Below are positions 11,571 to 22,500 of a stretch of DNA of 64,000 nucleotides, piece after piece (positions within the stretch are counted from its first letter, which is position 1; every line of letters begins with the position of its first letter). Origin of the DNA: Bacteroidales bacterium (lineage in GTDB: Bacteria > Bacteroidota > Bacteroidia > Bacteroidales > UBA12077); assembly GCA_003446015.1 (NCBI GenBank), contig DMBU01000054.1, positions 1,121-65,120 of the forward strand, in the 5' to 3' direction. Under the pieces are notes generated by a model that ran no database searches, was not told the origin of the DNA, and saw only the letters and a list, made by a program, of their open reading frames with translations. Made by a program: the position numbers and the translations under genes.

Positions 11571-11706
11571 TTACTTTACACCCAAATACAATCAAGAACT
11601 TCAAAATACTAATAAACAAGGCAAATATACAAAATATTTGTTTGTAGTTGTACACGGATGTTTAAAAAAGTACACTTTATTGGGTGCAAGTGTGGGTGCA
11701 AATTAC

Positions 11707-11714
11707 TATCTTTG
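11707..11714 (+). promoter_or_regulatory. candidate -7 promoter element (TAtcTTTG) for the integrase
   Basis: TAnnTTTG match 20 nt upstream of the ATG at 11734. Confidence 0.3.
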
Positions 11715-11733
11715 ATTATCAAAAATTTATTAG

Positions 11734-12987
11734 ATGGCAACACTCACATATTTTATAAGAACCACAAAGAAACCAACAGAAAAGGTAAGTATTAGAGTTA
11801 GATTAAGGCATAATGAAACTTACTTTTATGCAAAAACTTCATATGCGGTTGCTCCCCAAAACTGGGATAAGAAGAAGCAACGAATAAAGCAGGGGAAAGA
11901 GCATTCAACGAGAGATACAATTAATACTAAACTGACTTCATTGGAAACCTATATAATGGATCAGTGGAACCTACGCATTGATAAAAATCTAATAGACAGC
12001 GAATGGTTGCAGGATTCTATCAATTTATTTTTTAAGAAAACCGTAAAAGAGGAAAAGGAAATATCATTACAAAGATTTATTAATAAATACTTCGATAATA
12101 TTGATTTGTATGTAAGTGATAAAACAGGAAAAAAGTTAAATCCTAGCACTATTCGAAAACTGAAAGCGAGTCAAGAAGTTCTAAAGGACTTTATTGAAAA
12201 GAGATTCGAAAGTATTTTGCTTACAGAAGTTAATTATGCTTTTTATGAAAGTTTTGTTCAATATCTAACTGATGAAAAAAAGTATGCAGTTAATACGGTG
12301 GGTAAACACATTGGAAGTTTAAAGGCAGTATTAAGCTTTGCAAAACGAAAGGGGTATAATATAGATACTGAGCGATTTAAAAGACTGAGTGAAGAAAGCG
12401 ATAATATTTATTTAAATGAAGAAGAGTTACAAAAAATATATAGTCTCGATTTATCTGAAAACAAACGTTTAGAAAAGGTGCGTGATCTTTTTATTGTTGG
12501 TGCCTGGACCGGACTTAGATTTAGTGATCTAACCATGGTAAATAAGGATAGTATACAAAATGATATGATTGTTGTTGAGCAAAGTAAAACATCGCAAAAA
12601 GTATTTGTTCCATTACACTGGATGACCAAAGCAATATTTGAAAAATATGATTACGAAATTCCCGTTCAGATAACCAACCAAAAGTTTAATGAGTTTATAA
12701 AAGAGGTCTGTGATAAAGCAAAAATTAATGATGTTTTTACAAAAGGAATAACAATTGCAGGAAAACGAAAAATTGAACAATTTAAAAAGCATCAAAAGGT
12801 TTCATCGCATACTGCAAGACGTTCATTTGCAACAAATTTATATAACTCAGATTTTCCAACTATCTCAATAATGGCAATAACAGGTCATAAAAGTGAAAGA
12901 GCTTTCTTATCATATATAAAAGTTACACCAGAAGAGCATGCAAAAAAACTTCAACGACATTGGGGGAATATTAATAAAACACTCTAA
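11734..12987 (+). CDS. tyrosine-type site-specific recombinase / integrase
   Basis: 417-aa ORF. The C-terminal catalytic region has WTGLRFSDL (Arg), HTARRSFAT (H-x-x-R) and ITGHKSERAFLSYIK (His and the Tyr nucleophile). The N-terminal arm-binding-like region is typical of Bacteroidota integrases. Confidence 0.85.
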   Translation: MATLTYFIRTTKKPTEKVSIRVRLRHNETYFYAKTSYAVAPQNWDKKKQRIKQGKEHSTRDTINTKLTSLETYIMDQWNLRIDKNLIDSEWLQDSINLFFKKTVKEEKEISLQRFINKYFDNIDLYVSDKTGKKLNPSTIRKLKASQEVLKDFIEKRFESILLTEVNYAFYESFVQYLTDEKKYAVNTVGKHIGSLKAVLSFAKRKGYNIDTERFKRLSEESDNIYLNEEELQKIYSLDLSENKRLEKVRDLFIVGAWTGLRFSDLTMVNKDSIQNDMIVVEQSKTSQKVFVPLHWMTKAIFEKYDYEIPVQITNQKFNEFIKEVCDKAKINDVFTKGITIAGKRKIEQFKKHQKVSSHTARRSFATNLYNSDFPTISIMAITGHKSERAFLSYIKVTPEEHAKKLQRHWGNINKTL

Positions 12988-13015
12988 TTTTATATAAGGC
13001 ACAATTATTAAAGAA

Positions 13016-13765
13016 ATGATTTCACACATTAAAAGCACTGTATTCTCAATTTTAATTAAAAAAAATAGCTCTAACATTAAACATCTTGGAACTGGATTTT
13101 TAATTGGCAAAGAAGGATTATTTTTTACTGTTGGTCATACTTTTAGAAAGATTAAAAAAGAAATTGAAAATAATGGCCTTAATAATATATTTGTTGCATT
13201 TCCTAAAAAACAGGCCGAATTAATTGAAATTAATAGATTGCAGTATAAATCAATTGAAATATACAAGCAAAAGGGGCCAACTTATATAGATATAGCCGTA
13301 GGTTCGATTCCTATTAAGAATGATGATTATTTGGTTTTCAAGAGAAAAAGGCCGTCTAATAAAGAAAAATTAACTGCTTATGGATATAAAAACATGAAGG
13401 ACAATGGTCTGCATGAATTATCTGAAAATACTGCAAACTTAGAAAAAGTAGAATTAAAACCAGAAAAGGTTAATAAAACACATGACATAGCTCTAATTTC
13501 AGATGTGAGAAGAGATTATGAATTATCAAGGGAAAAGGTAAACAGAAGTAGGTTTTTTAATAATTGTATTACTCTTGACAAAAGATTGTTTAGCGGGGGT
13601 AGTGGCTGTCCTATTGTTGATTCAGATGGATATGTTAGGGGTGTATTAATAGGTAGTTCTCAAATTGTCAAATCTTCAGATATGATTTTATCAAAGTATT
13701 GTACTAAATATATTAGATATCACACTAGTATCATGTTTGATATGTATCAAGACATTAATTCTTAA
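13016..13765 (+). CDS. trypsin-like (S1/chymotrypsin-fold) serine protease, no signal peptide
   Basis: 249-aa ORF with the triad in canonical order: TVGHTF (His), YIDIAV (Asp), GGSGCPIV (GxSGxP Ser). Confidence 0.6.
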   Translation: MISHIKSTVFSILIKKNSSNIKHLGTGFLIGKEGLFFTVGHTFRKIKKEIENNGLNNIFVAFPKKQAELIEINRLQYKSIEIYKQKGPTYIDIAVGSIPIKNDDYLVFKRKRPSNKEKLTAYGYKNMKDNGLHELSENTANLEKVELKPEKVNKTHDIALISDVRRDYELSREKVNRSRFFNNCITLDKRLFSGGSGCPIVDSDGYVRGVLIGSSQIVKSSDMILSKYCTKYIRYHTSIMFDMYQDINS

Positions 13766-13940
13766 TGTATAATGTTTAATTGAGGACCACTTTATTCTCA
13801 AAAAAATAGTTAAAAACATTGATCTAAATTGCAAAATAAAGTCTAACTATTTAGTAAGACATTTTATTAAAACTTTATAGAATTGTTTTATTTTTTTAGT
13901 AATTTCATCAAACATTTGATATTAAGAGATAGTATTTGTA

Positions 13941-15050
13941 ATGACCAAACTAAAAAGTGAGCTTATTCAAGAGTTAAGGGATTTAAATAAAAATCCTGAT
14001 ACTGAAATAGTTCCTTTTATAGGTGCGGGATCATCAAAACTTTTAGGATTACCGGATTGGAAAGAACTCATAGAGCAATACCATAAATATGTTGGTTGTA
14101 CTATTAGTTTAGAATCTATAAAGAAGGATCTTAAAGAGGATCTTTCTAAAGTTGCAGATTTAATATTTGAGAATTCTGGTAAAGATTTTGATTTATATTA
14201 CGAATTTATGGGAGGGATTACACCCAAAAATACTGGATATACCGCATTACATGCTGTATTAGTTAAGAATTTTCAAAAAATTATTACAACCAATTATGAT
14301 CAAGCTTTTGAGAATGCCTTAAGTGATGATAATATAAATGACTATAAATTATTAGTTTATCCAAATAATTTAATGTCAATTGATTTTCAAGGAAGGGTTA
14401 TTGCATATATACATGGACATATTAAAAGTGGAATTTATGTTTTTCGAAATGAAGAATATGAGCAAGCCTATCTACATGATACTAAAATAAAAAGTTTTCT
14501 AACAGAAATTATTTCAAAGAAAGTTTTAGTGTTTATTGGTTTTAGTTTTAGTGATAAGATGTTTAGAAATACAGTAAAACAAATTATCGCAGAAACAAAC
14601 GCAGTAAGAGAAAAAGAAGAGCAAGTTTTTGGGAAAAAAAGCAAGACAAATTTTGAACAAAAATTATATGTATTATTTCCAAGCGAAAATTTGAAAACAA
14701 AAGTTTTTAAACATGATTTAAGTAAATTAGGGATCAATTATGATGAAATAGAGGATCATATAAGCTTAAATGGGGAAGATGATTCTTTAGAAATGAAAGT
14801 TCTAGAATTAGAAGAAAGTGCCAATTTACTGAAAATTGAATTAGGAGAAAACTATAATAAGCTAAATGAATTGTACTTAAGAACTGAAAAAAATAGAGAT
14901 ATGTTAAAATATTTTAGCAATCTTAAAATTGAAGTAGTTGAATATGATGAAAACAATACCATTGAAATAGAAGAAATAATTAGACTAATAACCAAAGAAG
15001 AAATCAAACATTCAGATGATTTATCAGAAGCTCGCAATATAAAGAATTAA
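13941..15050 (+). CDS. SIR2-like (SIR2_2-type) domain protein with a coiled-coil tail
   Basis: 369-aa ORF with VPFIGAGSSKLLGLPDWKELI, ITTNYDQAFE, YIHGHI and VFIGFSFSD. These blocks characterise the defence-associated SIR2_2 family. Confidence 0.7.
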   Translation: MTKLKSELIQELRDLNKNPDTEIVPFIGAGSSKLLGLPDWKELIEQYHKYVGCTISLESIKKDLKEDLSKVADLIFENSGKDFDLYYEFMGGITPKNTGYTALHAVLVKNFQKIITTNYDQAFENALSDDNINDYKLLVYPNNLMSIDFQGRVIAYIHGHIKSGIYVFRNEEYEQAYLHDTKIKSFLTEIISKKVLVFIGFSFSDKMFRNTVKQIIAETNAVREKEEQVFGKKSKTNFEQKLYVLFPSENLKTKVFKHDLSKLGINYDEIEDHISLNGEDDSLEMKVLELEESANLLKIELGENYNKLNELYLRTEKNRDMLKYFSNLKIEVVEYDENNTIEIEEIIRLITKEEIKHSDDLSEARNIKN

Positions 15051-15054
15051 GGTT

Positions 15055-17823
15055 ATGTTAATAGAAGAGTTAAGAATAATACAAGATTATATTAATAATC
15101 CTAAGGACGTTAAGCTACCTGAAGATAGATTCTTTTTAGATAATGATATAAAAGAAGAGTTTTTTTGGTTAAAAGCGAGCATTAAAAATCAGAAATTAAT
15201 CATAAGTGATTTCATTAAAGATCATCCATGTTATATATCAAACAAATTAACAAGGATTCTAAGAACGGGTGAATACACGAAAATTGAGTATTATTTATTA
15301 GTGTTCCTGATAAATTTAACTGATAATTTGGTTAAGATGGAGAGTTCACTTTCTATTGTTAAGGATATAATTGATGAATACATTGTTAACGGAAATACTT
15401 CTAGCTGTAAACTTAATTCTCAAGTGCAATTTTTTATATCTAAAATGATAATTAGGTTACCAATAAAAGATTTATCTGACACATATATTGATTTTATAGC
15501 TGAAAAGGCACTTCATAATGATTCTGCACTATCATATCAAATAACAGATGTCTTTTTCCCAAAACTTCTTGAAAGCGGAAATAAAGATTTGGTTAAAAAG
15601 GTATTAATCAAATGGATATTTTCTTATGACATTAAGAATTCATCATTTGAGTTTTCACAATCTCCAATTTTATTACCTAGGTTTTATAGTTACAGTTTAG
15701 AAAATATTATATCTGATAGTAAAAAAATAAGAAGCTTAATAGAAATTATAGGAGCAAATGAATTATTTGAATTATCACTGGGTTTAATAAAAGAAGTTAT
15801 TAATAAAGCTCCAATCAAGTTTCATTCTATAAATATCCCAACAATTGAAAAAAGCGAACAAACCGTTAATGAAAATGATTTTTCATATTTATTAGTAAGT
15901 TTTATTAGAGAACAAATAAATTTAAGCAAATTAAGTAAGAAGTTAGTTACAAGTCTTTTAATATCAGAAGTTTCAATTATTAAGAGATTCGGGTATTATA
16001 TGATTGGATTGTATTATGTTGATTATAAGAATCTTTTTTGGAATTTGAAGGTGTACAATCCTTTAAATGAAGTAGAATCTAAATATGAAATATTCAGTCT
16101 ATTGAAAGAGAATTCTGAAGCAATAAAAAAAGAGGAATTAAAAATCTTATTTAATTGGATTGATAATATAGAGATTAAAGACTATGATGGTGACGCAGAT
16201 GAGATCAAAAAATTGAAAGTAATAAGAGGAAAGGAGTATATAGCAGCACTTGAAAAGATTAATGAAGAATTTATAAAGAGTGTAAAAGATAAAAAGAAAG
16301 AATTAGATAAGATTTATCCATATGAAAGAGAACATCCAGGCTATAATTCCTATTTTACTACTAGGGTAGGGTATGATTACCCAGACAGTGATGAAGAATT
16401 TAAACTTTATAGTAATAACCCACAGAATTTGGTAAAAAAGATTGAGGAAGATGATGATAAATGGGATTGGCTGGAAAAAGAGGGACAACAAGATAGATTA
16501 AGAGAACTTTTTAAAGAAAATCCTAATTATATCAAGGATACCAATAGTTTAGCAAAATTAGATTTTAATTATTTGTCTAATATCATTTATGGATTGGATT
16601 TGGCATTGAAGGAAGGAAAGATTATTGACTGGAATAAAATTATCAAGCTTATTAATACTGTAATAAATTCAGGGAAGTTTAATGAATCTACTCATGATAG
16701 AAATCAATTTGTTGGTTATGTAGGGTGGTTAATTAGGACTGCAACTGAAAGTGACGAAAAGCCATTACTTAAAGAACATTTGAGTTCATTAAAAGATATT
16801 TGTTTGAAGTTGTTAAAATTAAATACTCATTCAAAAAGGTTAAATAATGATCCTTTTTTTGATGTTTTGAATAGTTCAGAAGGTAAAGTTTTTGATGCAA
16901 CATTAAATGTTTTATTACAAAATGCTAGGTTATATAAGAAAAATGATGGTGATAAATGGATTAAGGAAATAAAGGATTATTACACATACGTCTTAAATAA
17001 TAATAAAATTTCTGAAGCATTTCTTTGGAGCGTTGCTGGACACTTACCTCAGTTTGGTTTTCTTCATATGGATTGGTTAATTGAGAATATAGATAAATTA
17101 TTTCCAAAGGGTAATTTGAAATATTGGAAATTATCCATGAGGTTTTATCACCGAATGTCTTCTACTGTTTATAAATCAATATTTGATTTACTTAATTCAA
17201 ATGGGCATTATGATTTAGCTTTAAAGATTTTTATTAACAAGGAAGAAGGAACAAGGGACATAATTTCACATATTATTGTAAGTTATATTGCAGGTTGGAA
17301 AGAACAAGAAATAGATAATTCCAATGGTTTGTTGAATAGAATTATTAAAAAACAAGAATGGACTCAAATTGAATCTGCAATAAATTATTTTATCACTAAT
17401 AAAAATATTGAAACAAATAGATTGATTGAATTTTGGCGTTTAATGGTAGGTAATGTTGAAAAGGAAAAAGATAAAATAGGAAGAGAATTACTAAGACTTT
17501 CACATAGAATCTACTCTATAGATGATGAAATATATGAACTAATGTCTCAAACATTAGATTTATTAGATGATAAAAGAGAATTGCATGAACTATTAAGGAA
17601 TCTTCTGAAATCTATTAAAGGGGATCCGTTGAAAAGAGCAAAGTTAATTATGAAAGCGACATCGAAAGACCTAGATCAGGGGTATTATATCGATGATGAT
17701 ATAAAAAAATTATTAGAAGAATTAGAAAACGAAGATGTTTTATTTAGATTGAACTTTATAAATGATATGGTTTCAAAAAGATTATTTGGTCTTTTTGATA
17801 TTTATTATTCAGAAGAACTATAA
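15055..17823 (+). CDS. large helical-repeat protein, no enzymatic motif seen; candidate sensor partner of the SIR2 protein
   Basis: 922-aa ORF starting 4 nt after the SIR2 stop. Leu/Ile/Lys-rich and helix-like throughout, with no P-loop or nuclease motif visible. Confidence 0.5.
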   Translation: MLIEELRIIQDYINNPKDVKLPEDRFFLDNDIKEEFFWLKASIKNQKLIISDFIKDHPCYISNKLTRILRTGEYTKIEYYLLVFLINLTDNLVKMESSLSIVKDIIDEYIVNGNTSSCKLNSQVQFFISKMIIRLPIKDLSDTYIDFIAEKALHNDSALSYQITDVFFPKLLESGNKDLVKKVLIKWIFSYDIKNSSFEFSQSPILLPRFYSYSLENIISDSKKIRSLIEIIGANELFELSLGLIKEVINKAPIKFHSINIPTIEKSEQTVNENDFSYLLVSFIREQINLSKLSKKLVTSLLISEVSIIKRFGYYMIGLYYVDYKNLFWNLKVYNPLNEVESKYEIFSLLKENSEAIKKEELKILFNWIDNIEIKDYDGDADEIKKLKVIRGKEYIAALEKINEEFIKSVKDKKKELDKIYPYEREHPGYNSYFTTRVGYDYPDSDEEFKLYSNNPQNLVKKIEEDDDKWDWLEKEGQQDRLRELFKENPNYIKDTNSLAKLDFNYLSNIIYGLDLALKEGKIIDWNKIIKLINTVINSGKFNESTHDRNQFVGYVGWLIRTATESDEKPLLKEHLSSLKDICLKLLKLNTHSKRLNNDPFFDVLNSSEGKVFDATLNVLLQNARLYKKNDGDKWIKEIKDYYTYVLNNNKISEAFLWSVAGHLPQFGFLHMDWLIENIDKLFPKGNLKYWKLSMRFYHRMSSTVYKSIFDLLNSNGHYDLALKIFINKEEGTRDIISHIIVSYIAGWKEQEIDNSNGLLNRIIKKQEWTQIESAINYFITNKNIETNRLIEFWRLMVGNVEKEKDKIGRELLRLSHRIYSIDDEIYELMSQTLDLLDDKRELHELLRNLLKSIKGDPLKRAKLIMKATSKDLDQGYYIDDDIKKLLEELENEDVLFRLNFINDMVSKRLFGLFDIYYSEEL

Positions 17824-17846
17824 AATTAAATTAGATATAGATTTAA

Positions 17847-18173
17847 ATGTGGTCAAAAGAAGAACTCCAAGTTTATATAAGCTACTGTAAACTGAATAAC
17901 TTAAAATATGAATGTGTCTGGATAAATATGAATGATGATGAAAGATTAAATTTACTTGGAAAACTACATCAAAAAATGCTTCAAATTGATAAATCTGTTA
18001 AAGTGTATCTTGATTTTGAATATGTTGATTCTTTAAGGTATTCTTTAATCGATTTTGTTAAAGACGAAATGCCAAATAAGTTACTTACCTGGATTCCGGA
18101 TAACTTTAGCACAAAACAAGAAATGGTAAAATATGTAGATAATTACGTTAAAAAAGAGCTCTACTGGAATTAA
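17847..18173 (+). CDS. small hypothetical protein, third gene of the SIR2 operon
   Basis: 108-aa ORF 23 nt downstream of the 922-aa gene on the same strand. Confidence 0.45.
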   Translation: MWSKEELQVYISYCKLNNLKYECVWINMNDDERLNLLGKLHQKMLQIDKSVKVYLDFEYVDSLRYSLIDFVKDEMPNKLLTWIPDNFSTKQEMVKYVDNYVKKELYWN

Positions 18174-18182
18174 ATATAAAAA

Positions 18183-18325
18183 GGTCATTTGCAACAAACT
18201 TATATAACTCAGATTTTTAACAATTTCAATAATGGCAATAACAGGTCATAAAAGTGAGAGAGCTTTCTTATCATATATTTAAGTCACACCAGAAGAGCAT
18301 GCTAAAAAACCTCAAAGGCACTAGG
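18183..18325 (+). pseudogene. decayed 3' fragment of a second tyrosine integrase gene
   Basis: About 143 nt align with integrase positions 12822-12964, roughly 85-90% identical by eye. The fragment has a 1-nt deletion and in-frame stops (GATTTTTAA, TATATTTAA). Confidence 0.8.
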
Positions 18326-18439
18326 AAAAATTTGCTAAATAAAGTCTGACTATTTGGTTAGTATTTGGTAATTTTATTATAATCATATTCCAATTAGATG
18401 GAATAATTATCCAACTATTGAATTGTTAGGCAACATTGT

Positions 18440-19474
18440 ATGAAGAAACTTAAAACATATCACTCATTTAATGATAAGGGAGAATGTTACTTCCCTTCAG
18501 TTCAAGAAATAAATGATTTCGAAAAAAATGGATTTCATCCTATTTTACTTTTGGATAGTTGTGTTTGCTTAGATTTAATAAAATTTGTGAATTATAAGAA
18601 AAAATCTCAGTTGGATAAGGCAAAACTAAAAAATTATCTAGAATATATTAAAAAACACAAGATTGAAACAATTTCGATGTTTGGACTACTTGAGTTATGT
18701 CATGATCCAAAAACAATGGAATTTGATATTAACAAATTTTGGGAATTTAATAATAAGATTGACTTTATTGAAAAAATCCCAATGAATTATGTAAACAGTT
18801 ATAGGTTTGACTTTGATAGGGATTATATTGTTACAGATTTGAACGAATTTGAGACAAATTCAATTATAGCTTTTAGACCATTATTGTTGACAACATATTG
18901 TTGTTTACTAAAAATTAGAGAAATAAGCTTTAATGGTTTAGAGAAAAGTAAAGCTATAAAGAATATTGAAACGTTTAGAGATTGGTTAATTAATGAATTA
19001 GACATATCAATGGCAATTGAATATCATCTTGCGATGAATATATTCGGCGGTATAAGCGAACTTAGAAAAATGATATGTATTGATACAAAAAAGCATGATG
19101 TAAAGAAAATACTTTGGGGAACATCTTGGGATATCTTTCATTCTAGAATTAATGGAAACAATGCTGAATTTTCTGGATATTTTGGAGAAAAAATATATTC
19201 GACCTTTATAACCAATGATTCTAATTTGTTTAAATTAATTTCAAAAATTTCACTAGAAGCTATATTTTTAAATTCTGAAAACAACAGTTCAACAAGTATG
19301 ATAGTTGCATCAAATGAATTGCCACATTTTGAACCAGCATTTATAGATGAAAGTAATTCAAAAATGAAAAATATATTTTCAAACAGATTACTAATAAAGA
19401 AGCAATTTAATGAATCCAAGATACTAGAAATGATTGAGAAGTTAGAGTATAGTAACAACGTTGCCGAACGATAA
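18440..19474 (+). CDS. hypothetical protein, possibly a PIN-like nuclease fold
   Basis: 344-aa ORF. Acidic positions are spaced as in PIN domains: ILLLDSCVCL, GLLELC, TSWDIFH, FITNDSNLF (the T-x-D motif). Sits 39 nt upstream of the NACHT-like gene. Confidence 0.45.
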   Translation: MKKLKTYHSFNDKGECYFPSVQEINDFEKNGFHPILLLDSCVCLDLIKFVNYKKKSQLDKAKLKNYLEYIKKHKIETISMFGLLELCHDPKTMEFDINKFWEFNNKIDFIEKIPMNYVNSYRFDFDRDYIVTDLNEFETNSIIAFRPLLLTTYCCLLKIREISFNGLEKSKAIKNIETFRDWLINELDISMAIEYHLAMNIFGGISELRKMICIDTKKHDVKKILWGTSWDIFHSRINGNNAEFSGYFGEKIYSTFITNDSNLFKLISKISLEAIFLNSENNSSTSMIVASNELPHFEPAFIDESNSKMKNIFSNRLLIKKQFNESKILEMIEKLEYSNNVAER

Positions 19475-19513
19475 GTTAAAAGACTCATTACATAACTGGA
19501 AACCATAAAAAAA

Positions 19514-22500
19514 ATGAACTTAAATTATTTATATACACCGATTCAGACTAGCGTTGACCCACCAATTGACACTAAAGAACAAGTACTGCCTTTAGAAAAA
19601 TTATCTTGGGAAGACTTTGAAAAACTGTGTTTAGCTGCTGTACAAGTTGATTTTTCAATAAACGAGTGTGAAATCTATGGTATAAAGGGGCAAGCACAAG
19701 AAGGAATAGATATTTTTGCAAGGCAATCAAATGGAAAATATAGTTCATACCAATGCAAAAGATATCAAGAATTTGAATTAAATGACATAAATAATGCTGT
19801 TAAATACTTTAAAAGCAAAGAATTCTTTGATAAAAGTGATAAACTATTTTTGTGCACTTCCTGCGAATGGAACAAAACACAAGTTCAAGATAGATTTGAA
19901 GAATTAAAAACTGAACTTCAAAAAGATAACGTAACATTAGTAAAATGGGATAAAATTCAACTGTCTAGACTTCTTAAAAACAAACCACAAATAGTGTTTG
20001 ACTTTTTTGGCTTAGAATGGGTGAAAAAATTTAATGGTGAACCCGCTTTACAACAAATTTCAAAATCAAAAAAGTACGATGCTAAAAAAATAATTGAGTT
20101 TAGGAGTGAGTTGTACGAATTTTACTCTACAATTTTTAATATTCAAGATCCTGGTATTCCTATAAAAGAACTAAAAAGTCCATATACTTTACAAGATAGG
20201 TTTATTATTCCAGACATTCTTTCAAACCTAAAAGACGAAGGTTTTGAAAACAATAATGAAACTTCTTCTTCAATCATATATCAAGATCAGTATTATAATG
20301 ACGATAATAGTTATGGATTTGTTGAAAATGGGTTAAGGAAAAGAAATTTCAAAAATCAAAATGATGTAGAAGAAAGCAACATTGATATTCGGATTAATGC
20401 TGATGATGCGCTTATAAGCAATGATAAAAATATAATTATTGGAGACCCCGGAGCTGGTAAAAGTAGTTTACTTAGATATATAACACTTGACATTTTAAGT
20501 CCGAAACCTCAGTTAGAAAACATTTCTCAAAAACATGGCAAAACCTTACCAGTATGGTTGCCTTTTGCTTTTATAACAAAACACCTTAGTAATAATGATT
20601 CTTTAAGTATTTCCGAAATACTAAATCTTTGGTTTAATGGGTTCGGAAAAGGCTATTTGTTCGAAATTGCAAAAGAAGCTTTAAATGATGAACGACTATT
20701 TTTAGTTATTGACGGAATTGATGAATGGAGCAGCCTTTCATCTGCACAACAAGCGATTGCACGTATCGAAACAATAAGAAAATTATATGATTGCAAAGTT
20801 CTTTATTCTAGCAGACCATATGGTTTTAGAATATTAAAAGACTTCTTCACAAACCTAAATGTCCTAAATCTAGCAGGATTTTCTAAAGCTCAACAAAGAA
20901 ACTTTGTTAAGAAATGGTATGATAAATGGGCTTCATTACAAGGCGATAGTCAAGATGAAGATTTCTCAAAAACACAGACTAAAAATTTTATAAAAGAATT
21001 AGAGCAATCAGGGGATTTAAAAAAATTAGCTGAAATACCACTGCTGTTAAGTATTTTGATAATACAAAAAATGCAAGATTCGGTATTGCCTAAAAATAAG
21101 CTTGAGGCTCTTAAAGAAATAACACAATATTTAATAAAAAAACACCCTGTAAAACGTATAACTGATGCAGGAATTGTACAAGAAAAAATAAATGAAGTAG
21201 ATTTTAAAGATATTTTCTGCGAGCTAGCCATTTACATTCAAAAAGAAAGTAATGATGGTGTAATTTTTAAAAGTGATGCACATAAAATAATAAAGCAATA
21301 TCTAGTTTCTTATGCGGGTTATGATGAAGCAAGAGCTAAAGTTCGTAGCCAAGAAATAATTGAGCTTGGTGCAAATAATTATGGAATTATAATTGAAAAA
21401 TCAAATGATGAAATTTCTTTTGGTCATAAGCAATTTCAGGAATTTTTAGCAGCTCAATATTTATATGAGTCTGATGATGACACAATAAGCCAGTTTGTAA
21501 ATCAGTATGGAGCTAATCCTACTTTTCACCAAGTAATTATGAGCTTGTTTGGTTTAATGCAATTAAAACAGGTAAAAAAGTATAAAAAACATTTTAAAGC
21601 ATTAAAAGAAGCAGTTTGCGAAAAATTTCAAGAGGATTACCTTAACCTAATTTCATATGAGATTTCAATTAATTTAGACAATGCACCGACTGATGTTATG
21701 AATGAAGCTTTTGATTCAATCATTCATGAATTCGAATATGAAACTGACCCGTCATACAAAGAAGCTTTACTTAAACTAATTATTAGTGCTCTGCAAACGG
21801 GAAGATTAAAAGAAAAGGTTGAATGTTTCCTTGTACAATTTTTCCCATACGAGTATAAGTACAGAGATTATCGAGTTAATGCTTTAGGATATTCTAATCA
21901 GTTAAATGCAATTCAAGTAGAATTTCTGAAGAAAGCGTTAATCAATGGGACAATCAATACAAGATATGATGCTTCTTATGCATTCAAAAAACACATAAAA
22001 AACAAAGAAGTTTTTAGTTTTATAAAAGATATAATTTATAACTGCTCAAATCCAGATATTTTAGCTTTTGCAATTAATAGTATTTCAACTAACGACATTG
22101 CAGAGCAAGAAAGAGATGATCTTATAAAGTCTGTTGTAGTTAATGTGCCAATCGTACAACTTTACTTATTTAAATATAAAGTTTTCACAAAAAAACATAC
22201 TCAAGATGATTTAGAACTAATATTACCAATTGTAAACCAATTGCCTTATCAGCTAAAACAAGAATCGATTGAATTATTAATTAGTGGATTTAATCAAAAC
22301 AGTAACCTTAAAGAAATACTAGTTAAATCTATTGATAGAAAGGGATATTACAACGAAAAAGAAACTACAGTTGATGGTGAAATTGCCTGGAAGGTACTTT
22401 TTCATTCCTTTAATAAAGACAAGGATGTAATTAATCTTATTAAATTACAATTTGAGAATGAAGAATTTCCATTTATTTCTGTTGATAAACATGAAATATT

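Noticed and set aside
19138-19506. 122-aa reverse-strand ORF, and other antisense ORFs within island genes (11961-12149, 12408-12795, 14468-14737, 14852-15037, 16303-16491, 18823-19005, 20950-21231, 22684-22911, 23110-23319, 23515-23730, 24034-24222)
   Set aside because: These are embedded antisense in much longer ORFs with readable domain motifs. AT-rich DNA yields such frames by chance.
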